From Candidatus Harpocratesius repetitus (lineage in GTDB: Archaea; Asgardarchaeota; Lokiarchaeia; Sigyniarchaeales; Promethearchaeaceae), in the NCBI GenBank assembly GCA_021498095.1, contig JAIZWK010000001.1, positions 3,180,001-3,212,000 of the forward strand: a stretch of 32,000 bases of DNA, read 5' to 3'. Below, piece after piece: positions 10,026 to 19,114 of this stretch (position 1 is the first letter of the stretch; each line of letters starts with the position of its first letter). Both the position numbers and the translations under genes were made by a program. The notes beneath the pieces are model-generated. The model did not search any database, was not told where the DNA came from, and was given only the letters and a program-made list of their open reading frames with translations.

Positions 10026-12377
10026 ATGTGTAAATATCATATAAATATCAAAGTAGAATTATGGAAATTGTTCATCGTTTTACTATTAATAATTCCCTTT
10101 TCTTCATTAAATCAGACAAGTATTTCGCATATATCTGATAACAATGAACAATTTCCATCAAATTCGATTATAATTGCTGAAAATCCTCTTATTTCATCAA
10201 AAATAGGACACTTTGATAATGAAATTGATAGGACTGCAGTCTATCATAATTCACGAGACCCCTTTTATCGAAATCCAGGATGGGGAACCACAGAAGGAAT
10301 CGAACGTAGTGGTGCTGTTCCAGTTGGCACAGATGTGACTATTAGGATTCGAACTTTAGCTTCTGATGTAGAGGATGTAAAAATTCGTTACTGGGATGGA
10401 ATGGCTGAGTCAGAAAATTTCATCACATTGAGTGTAACTTTAACACAAGATGGATACGACTATTGGGAAGGTGTGATTCCTTCTCCTACCGAACCAGATG
10501 ATTTTTATTATGGTTTCCAACTTACTGATGGCACAAATACTGATTATTATCATGATGATAATAAAGATGGTGGTGCAGGTCAAATGTATGGCTATCGCTA
10601 CACAGACCAAGATTGGGGGATAGTTTTTTATGATCCGACATTTCATACTCCCGATTGGCATAAATCAACCATTGGATATCAAATTTTTACCGATCGATTT
10701 TTTAATGGCGATCCTACAAATGATCCTATTGGAGATGGTTCATCTGGTGATATCACTTGGTTTGAATGGGATGACGGTGTATATGATTTTCCTCGAGTTT
10801 ATGCAGAGAAAAAGAATTGGGGAGAAACACCTTCAGGTGGCAATGACTTTTTTGGAGGTGATCTTGCTGGTGTTATGCAGAAAGCAGGATATTTAGAAGA
10901 TTTAGGCATTGGAATGATTTGGTTTAATCCAATTTCAGAATCTCCTGATAATCATGGGTATTCAGTTAACAATTATACATCCATTCAACCGTATTATGGA
11001 AAAATAAAAAACCGAACCAATGGTATCGTTATTAGTGATAAAACTGGAAGTCTTGATGTGTTTGACACGCTCCAAGAAACATTAGAATCAGCGGGAATTA
11101 AGGTAATTTATGATACAGTGATTAATCATGCTTCCGCACAATCTTATTTATTCCAACGTTTTGACACAACTGATCATCCGGAAGTAGTAGACCTCTATCC
11201 AAATATTTTGGGTGCTTATGAAAACCCTGGATCGCCATATTATCATAGTTTTCGATTTTATACATTTCCCAATGATTATGATGCTTGGTGGGGTTTTAAG
11301 AATATTCCAACTCTAATTTATGATGATCCCAATTCTGTGGTTGAAGATTTGCTAGTAACCGGTGATACTTCACTATTTATGTTTTGGCAGCAGCATGGGG
11401 TGGATGGTTTTCGGTTGGATGTTCCTAATATGTACCAAGACGGTCATGGATCTCGAGATCTCAATCAAAAAATCCGAGATGTGGTTAAGGCGAATAATCC
11501 TGACGGAATTGTTATTGGAGAAATCTGGGGACGAGCAAATGCATGGTTAACAGGCACAATGCAAGATGGTGTTCAAAATATGCTTTTCAGAGAAGACACG
11601 ATCGATTGGTTGAAAGGTACTATTTCTAAAGATATCTATTCAGGTAGATTATTATATCCTCAAGAAAATTATCCATCTGAAGCTTTTCGCTCTTTATGGA
11701 CCATTTTAGGAAATCATGATACTGCTAGAATCTTAACAGCACTTGGTGAAAATGTTAACCGCTTAAAGATGGCTTCTGCGCTACAATTTACATATCCTGG
11801 AGTACCAATGGTGTACTATGGAGATGAAGTGGGTATGACTGGAGGCTCTGATCCAGGTTGTCGTCAAACATTTCCATGGGGATCGGAAAATATGGAGATT
11901 CTCAATCATTATAAAACCTTAATTCATATGCGTAAGAATTATGAACTGTTTCAATCAGGAAGTTTTAATATTTATCCCACTAATCAAACTGATATTCTAA
12001 TTTATACCAGAGAATTAGGAACCGGTCCAAATTCAACAGCTATTTGTGTTTTCAATAGAGGTGATTACCCATTAAAGGTAACCCTTCCAGCAGATTTGAG
12101 TGCAAAATTAAGCGAAAATCAAAAATTGGTGAATTTATTAAATCCATCCGAAATCGTAAATATCTCCTCAAACAATGGAGTTTCCTTTATAATTAATGCT
12201 CAGACTCCCATGATTTTCATTAATGCAGCATCAAATGTCACTACAACCACAAATGATGACACTTCAACTGATGATTCGACAGATAATGAATCTAAGATTC
12301 CTTTTGCATTTAGTTTAGGCGGATTTGCAGCAATCATAACAATCATGCTTTTATTAAGAAAAAATGGTAAAAAATAG
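10026..12377 (+). CDS. Secreted, membrane-anchored GH13 amylopullulanase/neopullulanase-like glycosidase
   Basis: Signal-peptide-like N-terminus. Ig-like N domain (HNSRDPFYR...GAVPVGTDVTIRIRT). GH13 motifs YQIFTDRFFNGD, GGDLAGV, NHGY, DTVINH, DGFRLDV (nucleophile), GEIW (acid/base), NHDTAR, YYGDEVG. Thr/Asp-rich linker, TM helix and basic tail. Confidence 0.92.
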   Translation: MCKYHINIKVELWKLFIVLLLIIPFSSLNQTSISHISDNNEQFPSNSIIIAENPLISSKIGHFDNEIDRTAVYHNSRDPFYRNPGWGTTEGIERSGAVPVGTDVTIRIRTLASDVEDVKIRYWDGMAESENFITLSVTLTQDGYDYWEGVIPSPTEPDDFYYGFQLTDGTNTDYYHDDNKDGGAGQMYGYRYTDQDWGIVFYDPTFHTPDWHKSTIGYQIFTDRFFNGDPTNDPIGDGSSGDITWFEWDDGVYDFPRVYAEKKNWGETPSGGNDFFGGDLAGVMQKAGYLEDLGIGMIWFNPISESPDNHGYSVNNYTSIQPYYGKIKNRTNGIVISDKTGSLDVFDTLQETLESAGIKVIYDTVINHASAQSYLFQRFDTTDHPEVVDLYPNILGAYENPGSPYYHSFRFYTFPNDYDAWWGFKNIPTLIYDDPNSVVEDLLVTGDTSLFMFWQQHGVDGFRLDVPNMYQDGHGSRDLNQKIRDVVKANNPDGIVIGEIWGRANAWLTGTMQDGVQNMLFREDTIDWLKGTISKDIYSGRLLYPQENYPSEAFRSLWTILGNHDTARILTALGENVNRLKMASALQFTYPGVPMVYYGDEVGMTGGSDPGCRQTFPWGSENMEILNHYKTLIHMRKNYELFQSGSFNIYPTNQTDILIYTRELGTGPNSTAICVFNRGDYPLKVTLPADLSAKLSENQKLVNLLNPSEIVNISSNNGVSFIINAQTPMIFINAASNVTTTTNDDTSTDDSTDNESKIPFAFSLGGFAAIITIMLLLRKNGKK

Positions 12378-12450
12378 AGCAGTTGAGATACTTTTTATGT
12401 ATCTGATTCATATCATTTTTTTTTTTTTATTATTAAGCCCTCAGTCTTCA

Positions 12451-12484
12451 GTGTGTTCATAAGTGTTGATAAGTGTCGATAAGT
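12451..12484. repeat. Imperfect 10-bp tandem repeat (AAGTGTYGAT-like x3)
   Basis: gtgtgttcat aagtgttgat aagtgtcgat aagt. Confidence 0.7.
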
Positions 12485-12543
12485 TTAATCTTAATGATTT
12501 TGTAAAATTCTGTGTTAATTCAAAGATCGATCAAGAGATTAAT

Positions 12544-12567
12544 AGATCAAGAGATCAAGAGATCAAG
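12544..12567. repeat. Perfect 8-bp tandem repeat AGATCAAG x3
   Basis: agatcaag agatcaag agatcaag, with a further partial copy at 12529-12538. Confidence 0.8.
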
Positions 12568-12607
12568 ATTCAAAAGAATTTTTACCGTCCCCGCGCTATC
12601 ATTCTTC

Positions 12608-12670
12608 GGCAATGATGAAAAAACTCGCCCTGATTAAAGGATGATGAAAAATTCGAGAATAAACTGAGCC
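12608..12670 (+). ncRNA. Archaeal C/D-box sRNA (2'-O-methylation guide)
   Basis: Box C ATGATGA (12612-12618), 11-nt spacer, box D' CTGA (12630-12633), box C' ATGATGA (12641-12647), 16-nt spacer, box D CTGA (12664-12667). Terminal GGC/GCC stem, then a T6 tract. Length 63 nt. All four boxes are perfect and in canonical order. Confidence 0.8.
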
Positions 12671-12802
12671 ATTTTTTCAAATCGATCCATGATTTTTTCC
12701 ACATATAAAATTAATTTTAAATAAAATCTTGATCACTCTTGTTCTCTCTAAAAAAACGCAATGTATATATTTTGAGGGAACTAACCTAGATCCCGTATTC
12801 AG

Positions 12803-13606
12803 ATGGTTAAAACCCCCTCACCAGTTACTAAAACTTCACCAATTTTTCAGCAAATTCAAATGGATTATCGCCTAAGTTTCATTCTACTTAAAGAGAATTT
12901 AGTGCCATTGATAACCGTTGGTATAATTGGCTCTGGATTGTTCTATTTGCTGAATTTTCTTGTAGAATCTTTTATTTTTCCTTTAATTCTATGGCAGAAT
13001 TATTCAGTAGTTGATCAAATTATTATCTATAATTTGCTTAAATTCCCTCAACAAGGCATTTTGTTTGGATTTTTCGGCGCAATCATGGGTATGGTACACG
13101 ACATCCTAGCATCTGGTGATGGTTTTACTCAAATCCAAAATTTTGTCGGCTATATTGGAAAATACTGGGGAAAATTCTTTTTACTTTCCATTATTGTAAA
13201 TATTTTTACTTATATTGTTCGATATACTGGTCAAGAAATACTTAACTTAGGGCTCGCAATTTTAGCCAACGTAATAACTTTAATTTGGTTTATAATACTA
13301 GTTGAAAGTAGCCCTGCATTAGTAAATTCTAATAACGTAATACAAGCGTTAAAGGAAAATTTTCGCATTCTTCGTAAACATTCTACTCGTATTTTCATTT
13401 CTTTTCTAGTTTTTTATGTTATCTTTATTCTTCCCAAAGTTATATTGTTTTTCTTAGAATATTATGTTGTTCCAAGCAATACAATAGGATATAAAACAGT
13501 ATCAAATCTGGAAATCATTGCACAACTATTCTATATTTTAATTGGATATCCGATTAATGGATTTCTCGCAATGAGAATCTACTTTGATTACAAGTATGAT
13601 TACTAG
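12803..13606 (+). CDS. Uncharacterised polytopic membrane protein (~6 TM)
   Basis: 267-aa ORF with about 6 hydrophobic helices. The ESSPALVNSNNVIQALKENFRILRK segment resembles common DUF7847/GDPD-membrane-domain-like proteins. Confidence 0.75.
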   Translation: MVKTPSPVTKTSPIFQQIQMDYRLSFILLKENLVPLITVGIIGSGLFYLLNFLVESFIFPLILWQNYSVVDQIIIYNLLKFPQQGILFGFFGAIMGMVHDILASGDGFTQIQNFVGYIGKYWGKFFLLSIIVNIFTYIVRYTGQEILNLGLAILANVITLIWFIILVESSPALVNSNNVIQALKENFRILRKHSTRIFISFLVFYVIFILPKVILFFLEYYVVPSNTIGYKTVSNLEIIAQLFYILIGYPINGFLAMRIYFDYKYDY

Positions 13607-13764
13607 AAAACCCAATTTTGGATTTAGAAAAGTGCAAAACATCCACTTTACGGGCTAAATTACTGGAAGTAAAGGGAGTTGATCCAGAAACTGCTGATGA
13701 AATTTTGTTGTATGGATTTAAGCATCCATTTTCTAAATTTTCTAAATTAAGTATCCATTTCTAA
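13600..13764 (+). pseudogene. Internal fragment of an endonuclease III-related HhH-GPD gene
   Basis: Frame reads LLENPILDLEKCKTSTLRAKLLEVKGVDPETADEILLYGFKHP, matching the HhH motif LxxxxGxGxETADxILLY with the second Gly replaced by Asp. No N-terminus. Truncated at a duplicated segment (AAGCATCCATTTTCTAAATT 13720-13739 / AAGTATCCATTTCTAAATT 13749-13767). Confidence 0.7.
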
Positions 13765-13868
13765 ATTGATATTTATTGAACCATCTTCACATGGTAATAT
13801 TTCAGGACGAAAAAAAAATATGCAAAAATATATAACATATAACATAAAGAATAAAGAAAAAAATAAAA

Positions 13869-14138
13869 CTATCGAGCGCTAACGCCATCCCATGCTTTTA
13901 TTTCTTTATCAACATAACCACAATTTGCACATGTATCCTCGACTTCCCATTTTTCAAGCGCCGGATGAACACGAGTCATTAATGCCCCACATTTCGGACA
14001 GACTAAAAATTTGGCACCACAAGATTCACACATATTCAAAGTTCCATTCTCTACAAATCTAAATGTCCGTTTCATCCATTCATCATGCACAATTCGAAAC
14101 GCTTTTCCTCCGCATACTTTACAAACCTTTTCGACCAT
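13869..14138 (-). CDS. Small double zinc-ribbon protein (4 x CxxC)
   Basis: CKVC, CESC, CPKC and CANC in about 89 aa. ATG at 14138 preferred over TTG at 14144. Confidence 0.8.
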   Translation of the reverse strand: MVEKVCKVCGGKAFRIVHDEWMKRTFRFVENGTLNMCESCGAKFLVCPKCGALMTRVHPALEKWEVEDTCANCGYVDKEIKAWDGVSAR

Positions 14139-14280
14139 AAACAATCCCTAAAATAATTTTATAATTTTAGCAATAATAATATTATTTATACTCGAATAGG
14201 GTAAAAGGTTTTTCTTTTTATAACACAAATTATCATTAATATAAATTGTAAAAATCAATAAATATAAAAAAAATTCTAAA

Positions 14281-14310
14281 AATATCGAAAAAACTCGAAA
14301 AGACTCGAAA
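14281..14310. repeat. Imperfect 10-bp tandem repeat (..TCGAAA x3) just downstream of pyk
   Basis: aatatcgaaa aaactcgaaa agactcgaaa. Confidence 0.6.
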
Positions 14311-14316
14311 AAGAGT

Positions 14317-15840
14317 TTACTTTTTCCATTCAGGAGAATAGATAGATTTTTTCAAGGATAAACCCTTAAGAATATCATCAACATAATAGAGTCCAATCAC
14401 GCTACATTTTCCTGGGCTAATGCGTGAGGGAACTGTGCAAATAACATGTTCCATTTTCTCCAGAATTCCGAATTCTACTAATTTTTGGATGCCATGCTGC
14501 ATAATTTCTTCAGAGTTCCAATCTTCCATTTTCAATGTTGGAATATAAATAGATTGAACGCCCCAAATTAGATTTAATTGGCGTGCGGTTCTTGCATTGT
14601 GAGTAATGGCATAAATTGGGAATTCAGGTCTGTATTTGGCTGCTTTACGAGGGGATTTTCCTCCTCGCGTGAACATAATAATTTTTCCTCGAAAATTAAC
14701 ATCACGAAAAACTCGAGCCAATTCATATACTGCATGCCCGACTGCTTCATACATGTCGGGTTCTTCAGAATCGATTGAATGTGGATCTATATCGGGAATA
14801 TGTTTTTCTGCTTTTGCGATTATTCGATCCATGTATCTCACTGCTTGTATCGGGAATTTTCCTACAGAAGTTTCACCTGAGAGCATGACGGCATCAGATC
14901 GATCATAAACTGCGTTAAATACATCATTTACTTCAGCTCTGGTAGGGACAGGATTGTTAATCATGGATTCCAGCATTTGAGTGGCGACAATCACCGGTTT
15001 TCCTGCACGATTGCATTTTAAAATCATTTCTTTTTGTCTAATGGGTACTTCTTCGGCAGGAATTTCTACGCCTAGATCACCACGTGCGACCATAATTCCA
15101 TTTGATTCAGCTAAAATCTCGTCAAAATTTGTTATTGCAATGGGGCGTTCAATTTTTGAAATAATTTTTATTCTAGGTGCGCCTGCATTGTGAAGTATAG
15201 AGCGGATTATTCTAACTTCCTTTGCATTTGCGATGAATGAAGCAGCAACAAATTCAGGATTAAGTGTCGCGATTAATTTTAAATCGTGAATGTCCTTTTC
15301 TGTTGGGTTTTGTGTACTTAATGTTCCACTGGGAATATTTACACCTTTTCGAGACGATATTGGTCCACCTGCAACTACTATACATTTAATTTTACGACTT
15401 TTTGGATCTTTTTCAACTACTCTTAATCTGACTAAGCCATCATTTATGAAAATTGGATCACCTATATTCACATCTTTATAAAAACCACGATAGGAGATTG
15501 AAGCACCACTTTGATCGCCCAAAATTTCTTCTTCATGCAAAGTGAACGTATCACTGTGATTAAGTATAACTGGTTCCTTCATTTTTCCAATGCGAATTTT
15601 TGGTCCTTGAATGTCACAGAGAATTGCAATATCTGGGGTGGTTGTTCTGATACGATTGAATAAATCTTTCATTTCTGTGCCTTCTTTGGATGCATGGGAA
15701 AAATTTAAACGAAAAACATCAACACCTGCATCATGGAGTGCCTTTAACTGCTCGGGAGATGAAGTTGCAGGTCCAATTGTGGCAACAATTTTTGATTTTA
15801 CCATTTTTTGAATGTTCAAAATCTCTTCCATTTTTATCAT
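14317..15840 (-). CDS. pyk: Pyruvate kinase
   Basis: KIVATIGPA, FRLNFSH, DIQGPKIR, IISKIE, MVARGDLGVEIP, ATQMLESM, DAVMLSGETSVG. Confidence 0.97.
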   Translation of the reverse strand: MIKMEEILNIQKMVKSKIVATIGPATSSPEQLKALHDAGVDVFRLNFSHASKEGTEMKDLFNRIRTTTPDIAILCDIQGPKIRIGKMKEPVILNHSDTFTLHEEEILGDQSGASISYRGFYKDVNIGDPIFINDGLVRLRVVEKDPKSRKIKCIVVAGGPISSRKGVNIPSGTLSTQNPTEKDIHDLKLIATLNPEFVAASFIANAKEVRIIRSILHNAGAPRIKIISKIERPIAITNFDEILAESNGIMVARGDLGVEIPAEEVPIRQKEMILKCNRAGKPVIVATQMLESMINNPVPTRAEVNDVFNAVYDRSDAVMLSGETSVGKFPIQAVRYMDRIIAKAEKHIPDIDPHSIDSEEPDMYEAVGHAVYELARVFRDVNFRGKIIMFTRGGKSPRKAAKYRPEFPIYAITHNARTARQLNLIWGVQSIYIPTLKMEDWNSEEIMQHGIQKLVEFGILEKMEHVICTVPSRISPGKCSVIGLYYVDDILKGLSLKKSIYSPEWKK

Positions 15841-15950
15841 ACTTATCTTAGAGTTCCACTCTTATGTTCTTTTGTTCTTTTGTATCTGTTGATAAGTTTT
15901 AGTATAGATCGTTCTTAAATAACCTCAGAGGTATATTAATAATATTAACG

Positions 15951-16580
15951 ATGTTTAACAATCCCCAACGCAATCTTAGGCAAATTCGATCGTCAGAAGA
16001 AAAACGTGTTATTAAAAGTATCATGGAAATGATTGAACAGAATTTTGGGTTCAATTATATCGTAGTAGACGGACATGTGGTAGAAGTTCAGTTAATTTCA
16101 GCTGGAATAGCAATTATCCCACGTCAACTTAAATACCTGCCTTATTTAAAAAAATTGCAGTTACCTTCGAATCACTTAAAGAAATTACGGAATTTAGATG
16201 GATGTAAAACCTTGAACATGCTAAATTTACATGATAATAGGCTAACCAATGCAACATTGCGACCTTTGGAAGCATTAACACAATTAAAAGTCTTGGATCT
16301 TTCACAAAATGAAATAGAAGGCTGGGAAAACATAGATCATTTGTATTCACTCGAATCACTGATTTTGGAAGATAATTTAATTAAGAATATTCCTGCTTTA
16401 GATCTACCTCAATTAAAAATACTGGATCTTCGTGGTAATCCTATTTCTAAACTTGAAAACCTACATTTATTTGAAAACTTAGTTGATCTTCGATTAGATG
16501 CAAGTAAATTATCAGAGAAAGAGCAAAAAGCGTATGAACAAGGAATTGAAGCGATAAAGGATTACTGTTCTTCTCATTGA
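15951..16580 (+). CDS. Leucine-rich repeat protein
   Basis: Several LxxLxLxxNxL repeats (LKKLQLPSNHL, LNMLNLHDNRL, LKVLDLSQNEI, LESLILEDNLI, LKILDLRGNPI). Confidence 0.88.
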   Translation: MFNNPQRNLRQIRSSEEKRVIKSIMEMIEQNFGFNYIVVDGHVVEVQLISAGIAIIPRQLKYLPYLKKLQLPSNHLKKLRNLDGCKTLNMLNLHDNRLTNATLRPLEALTQLKVLDLSQNEIEGWENIDHLYSLESLILEDNLIKNIPALDLPQLKILDLRGNPISKLENLHLFENLVDLRLDASKLSEKEQKAYEQGIEAIKDYCSSH

Positions 16581-16651
16581 TATAAAAAATATAAATGAAT
16601 TGGAAACTTATCAACACTAAACAAAAATATAATCAAAAAAGCAAAAATAGA

Positions 16652-19114
16652 CTAAACTTGAAATATTTTTTGAGCAATATTTACTGCCGATTTAGCATCT
16701 TGGCCGTAAAAATCAGCTCCAATTTTGTTTGCAAATTCAGGATTTAAAACAGCCCCTCCAACCATAATTTGACATTGAAAATCTCGACTCTTTATTTCCT
16801 TAATGATTTTTTGCATGGAAATTACAGTTGTCGTCATTAAGGCACTTAATCCAACCAATGGGGCGCGGTACTGTTTAATGGCATCGATTATTTTAATGGC
16901 TGGAACATCTTTTCCCAAATCAATTACTCGATATCCATAGTTTTCTAACAAAATTTTAACGATATTTTTTCCAATGTCATGAACATCTCCTTCAACAGTT
17001 GCCAATATAACTGTTCCCTTCGAAATTGGCGCATTTTCAGTCTGTTTTAGTCTTTCTTTAATTAAATTAAATGCAATTTTAACTGTTTCAGCCGATCGAA
17101 TTAGTTGGGGTAAAAAGATTTCATGGTTTTCATAACGTCTTCCGACTTCATCCAAAGCAGGAATTAAGAAGGTATCCACTACTTGCATTGGTGTGAAGGT
17201 TTTTAAGGAATTTTCAGTTAGTTGTGCAATTTTGCTTTTTAATCCCTTTAGAATAACACCTTGTAGACTTTCATCTTCTGACTCACCTGGTTGATCAGAT
17301 TGATTGGATTTACCAGATCGACTGGATTTACCAGATTGACTGGATTGATTTATTTGACCTAATTTAACAGATGCAGAAACAGGTAAATATTCCTTATATT
17401 TTTTAATAAAATCCTTACTATCAAGATCTAAATTGGCTAATACACGGAACGCTGCGATGGTTTCCATAATATCAGTAGATAATGGATCTGTAATAGGAGC
17501 TTTTAATCCACATTGTAACGCCATAGCTAAATAAGTGCGATTAATAAGAGGTCGAGCAGGTAATCCATAAGATACATTACTTGCACCCAATACAGTGGCA
17601 ATTTGATATTTTTTAGTTAATATTCGTAAAGCTTCCAATGAATCTTGAACTGCGCGCTGTTGAGCAGAAGCTGTTAAAGTAAGACAATCCACTAACAGTG
17701 ATTCTTTAGGAATTCCATAAGTTTTTGCAGTATTAATTATTTTTTCTGCAATTTCAATTCGATCTTGCACAGATTTTGGCAATCCTCGCTCGTCCAAACA
17801 TAACGCAACTACTAAACATCCATATTTTTTTACAATGGGAAAAATCTTCTGCATACTTTCTGCTTTTCCATTCACTGAATTAATAATCGGCTTTCCATTG
17901 TAATATCGACATGCTTTTTCTAGAGCATCTGCATTAGAACTGTCAAATTGGAGAGGAATATCGATAATCTCTTGTAATTCTCGAGATATTCGGGGAAGAA
18001 TGGTAGATTCATCAATTTCTGGAAGACCCACATTTACATCAAGAATATGTGCTCCAGCTTCCTTCTGCTTAATACCTTCTTGGAGTAGATAATCAATATC
18101 GCCTTTTTTTAATGCTTCTTTTATGCGTTTTTTACCAGTTGGATTAATGCGTTCACCAATAATCACAATATCTTTTCCAATCTCCACAGTATGTCCCGGA
18201 GAAGCGCATGTTGTCCGAATTTTGGAAGTGATGGGTTTTGGAATAAAATCATGAAATTCTTGAACTATCATCTGGATAAATTCAGGTGTGGTACCGCAAC
18301 ATCCTCCAATAATATGAACCCCAAGTTCCAGAATCTTAGCCATATCAGAAGTATATTCTTCCGGAGTAATGAGAAATTCAGTTTCTCCGTCTTTTAATAC
18401 AGGTAATCCTGCATTCGGTTGCACAATAACTGGAATTGATGCAAATTGCATTATTTGTTCTACAATGGGGTAAATTTCTGCGGGACCAAGTGAGCAATTT
18501 ACCCCTAATGCATCAATGCCTAATCCTTCTAATACTGTAACTAAGGTTTCTGGGTCGGTTCCTGTCAATGTTCGACCGTCTTCTTGAAATGTCATAGTAC
18601 AGAAAATGGGGAATTGAGAATTTTCTTTAGCAGCTAAAATTGCTACTTTTGCTTCATATAAATCTGAAATAGTTTCGATTAGAATTAAATCAGCGCCAGC
18701 TTTTACTCCAGCTTGTACTTGCTCTTGAAACATGGAATAAGCTTCATTAAAACCTAACGGTCCAACAGGTGCAAGCATTTGACCGATTGGCCCAATATCC
18801 AAAGCAATTAACTTTCCTGGTGCTGCATCTCGAACTAAATTAATAGCTTGGCTTATTACATCTTCAACTTCTAATCCTGCTTGTTGCAACTTGTAACGAT
18901 TTGCTCCAAATGTATTCGTTTTAATCATTTCAGCCCCTGCTTCTGCATATTCACGATGAATACTGCGGATCAATTCAGGGTGGGTAAAATTCAACTTTTC
19001 TGGAACTTCTCCTGTTTTTAAACCTTTTTTCTGCAGAGTGGTTCCCATTGCCCCGTCAAAAAAGCAGAGGCGTTTATAGATTTCGTTTTCGATATTCACA
19101 ATAAGTTCCCTCAC
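16652..19114 (-). CDS. metH: Cobalamin-dependent methionine synthase (Hcy-binding, pterin-binding and B12-binding domains; lacks the activation domain)
   Basis: FFDGAMGT, TNTFGAN, GVNCS and GGCCGT (Zn ligands), IGERINPTG, ATVEGDVHDIGKNIV (DxHxxG), VGLSALMTTT. Start could be the GTG at 19099. Confidence 0.93.
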   Translation of the reverse strand: MRELIVNIENEIYKRLCFFDGAMGTTLQKKGLKTGEVPEKLNFTHPELIRSIHREYAEAGAEMIKTNTFGANRYKLQQAGLEVEDVISQAINLVRDAAPGKLIALDIGPIGQMLAPVGPLGFNEAYSMFQEQVQAGVKAGADLILIETISDLYEAKVAILAAKENSQFPIFCTMTFQEDGRTLTGTDPETLVTVLEGLGIDALGVNCSLGPAEIYPIVEQIMQFASIPVIVQPNAGLPVLKDGETEFLITPEEYTSDMAKILELGVHIIGGCCGTTPEFIQMIVQEFHDFIPKPITSKIRTTCASPGHTVEIGKDIVIIGERINPTGKKRIKEALKKGDIDYLLQEGIKQKEAGAHILDVNVGLPEIDESTILPRISRELQEIIDIPLQFDSSNADALEKACRYYNGKPIINSVNGKAESMQKIFPIVKKYGCLVVALCLDERGLPKSVQDRIEIAEKIINTAKTYGIPKESLLVDCLTLTASAQQRAVQDSLEALRILTKKYQIATVLGASNVSYGLPARPLINRTYLAMALQCGLKAPITDPLSTDIMETIAAFRVLANLDLDSKDFIKKYKEYLPVSASVKLGQINQSSQSGKSSRSGKSNQSDQPGESEDESLQGVILKGLKSKIAQLTENSLKTFTPMQVVDTFLIPALDEVGRRYENHEIFLPQLIRSAETVKIAFNLIKERLKQTENAPISKGTVILATVEGDVHDIGKNIVKILLENYGYRVIDLGKDVPAIKIIDAIKQYRAPLVGLSALMTTTVISMQKIIKEIKSRDFQCQIMVGGAVLNPEFANKIGADFYGQDAKSAVNIAQKIFQV
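17303..17347. repeat. 18-bp in-frame tandem repeat (~2.5 copies) inside metH
   Basis: attggatttaccagatcg actggatttaccagattg actggattg; encodes QSSQSGKSSRSGKSN. Confidence 0.8.

Noticed and set aside
12451-12567. Repeats considered as a CRISPR array
   Set aside because: Units are 8-10 bp, directly adjacent, with no spacers, and there are no cas genes.
12585-12597. GC-rich CCGTCCCCGCGC resembling a tRNA 3' end
   Set aside because: No T-loop, D-arm or complementary 5' acceptor strand nearby.
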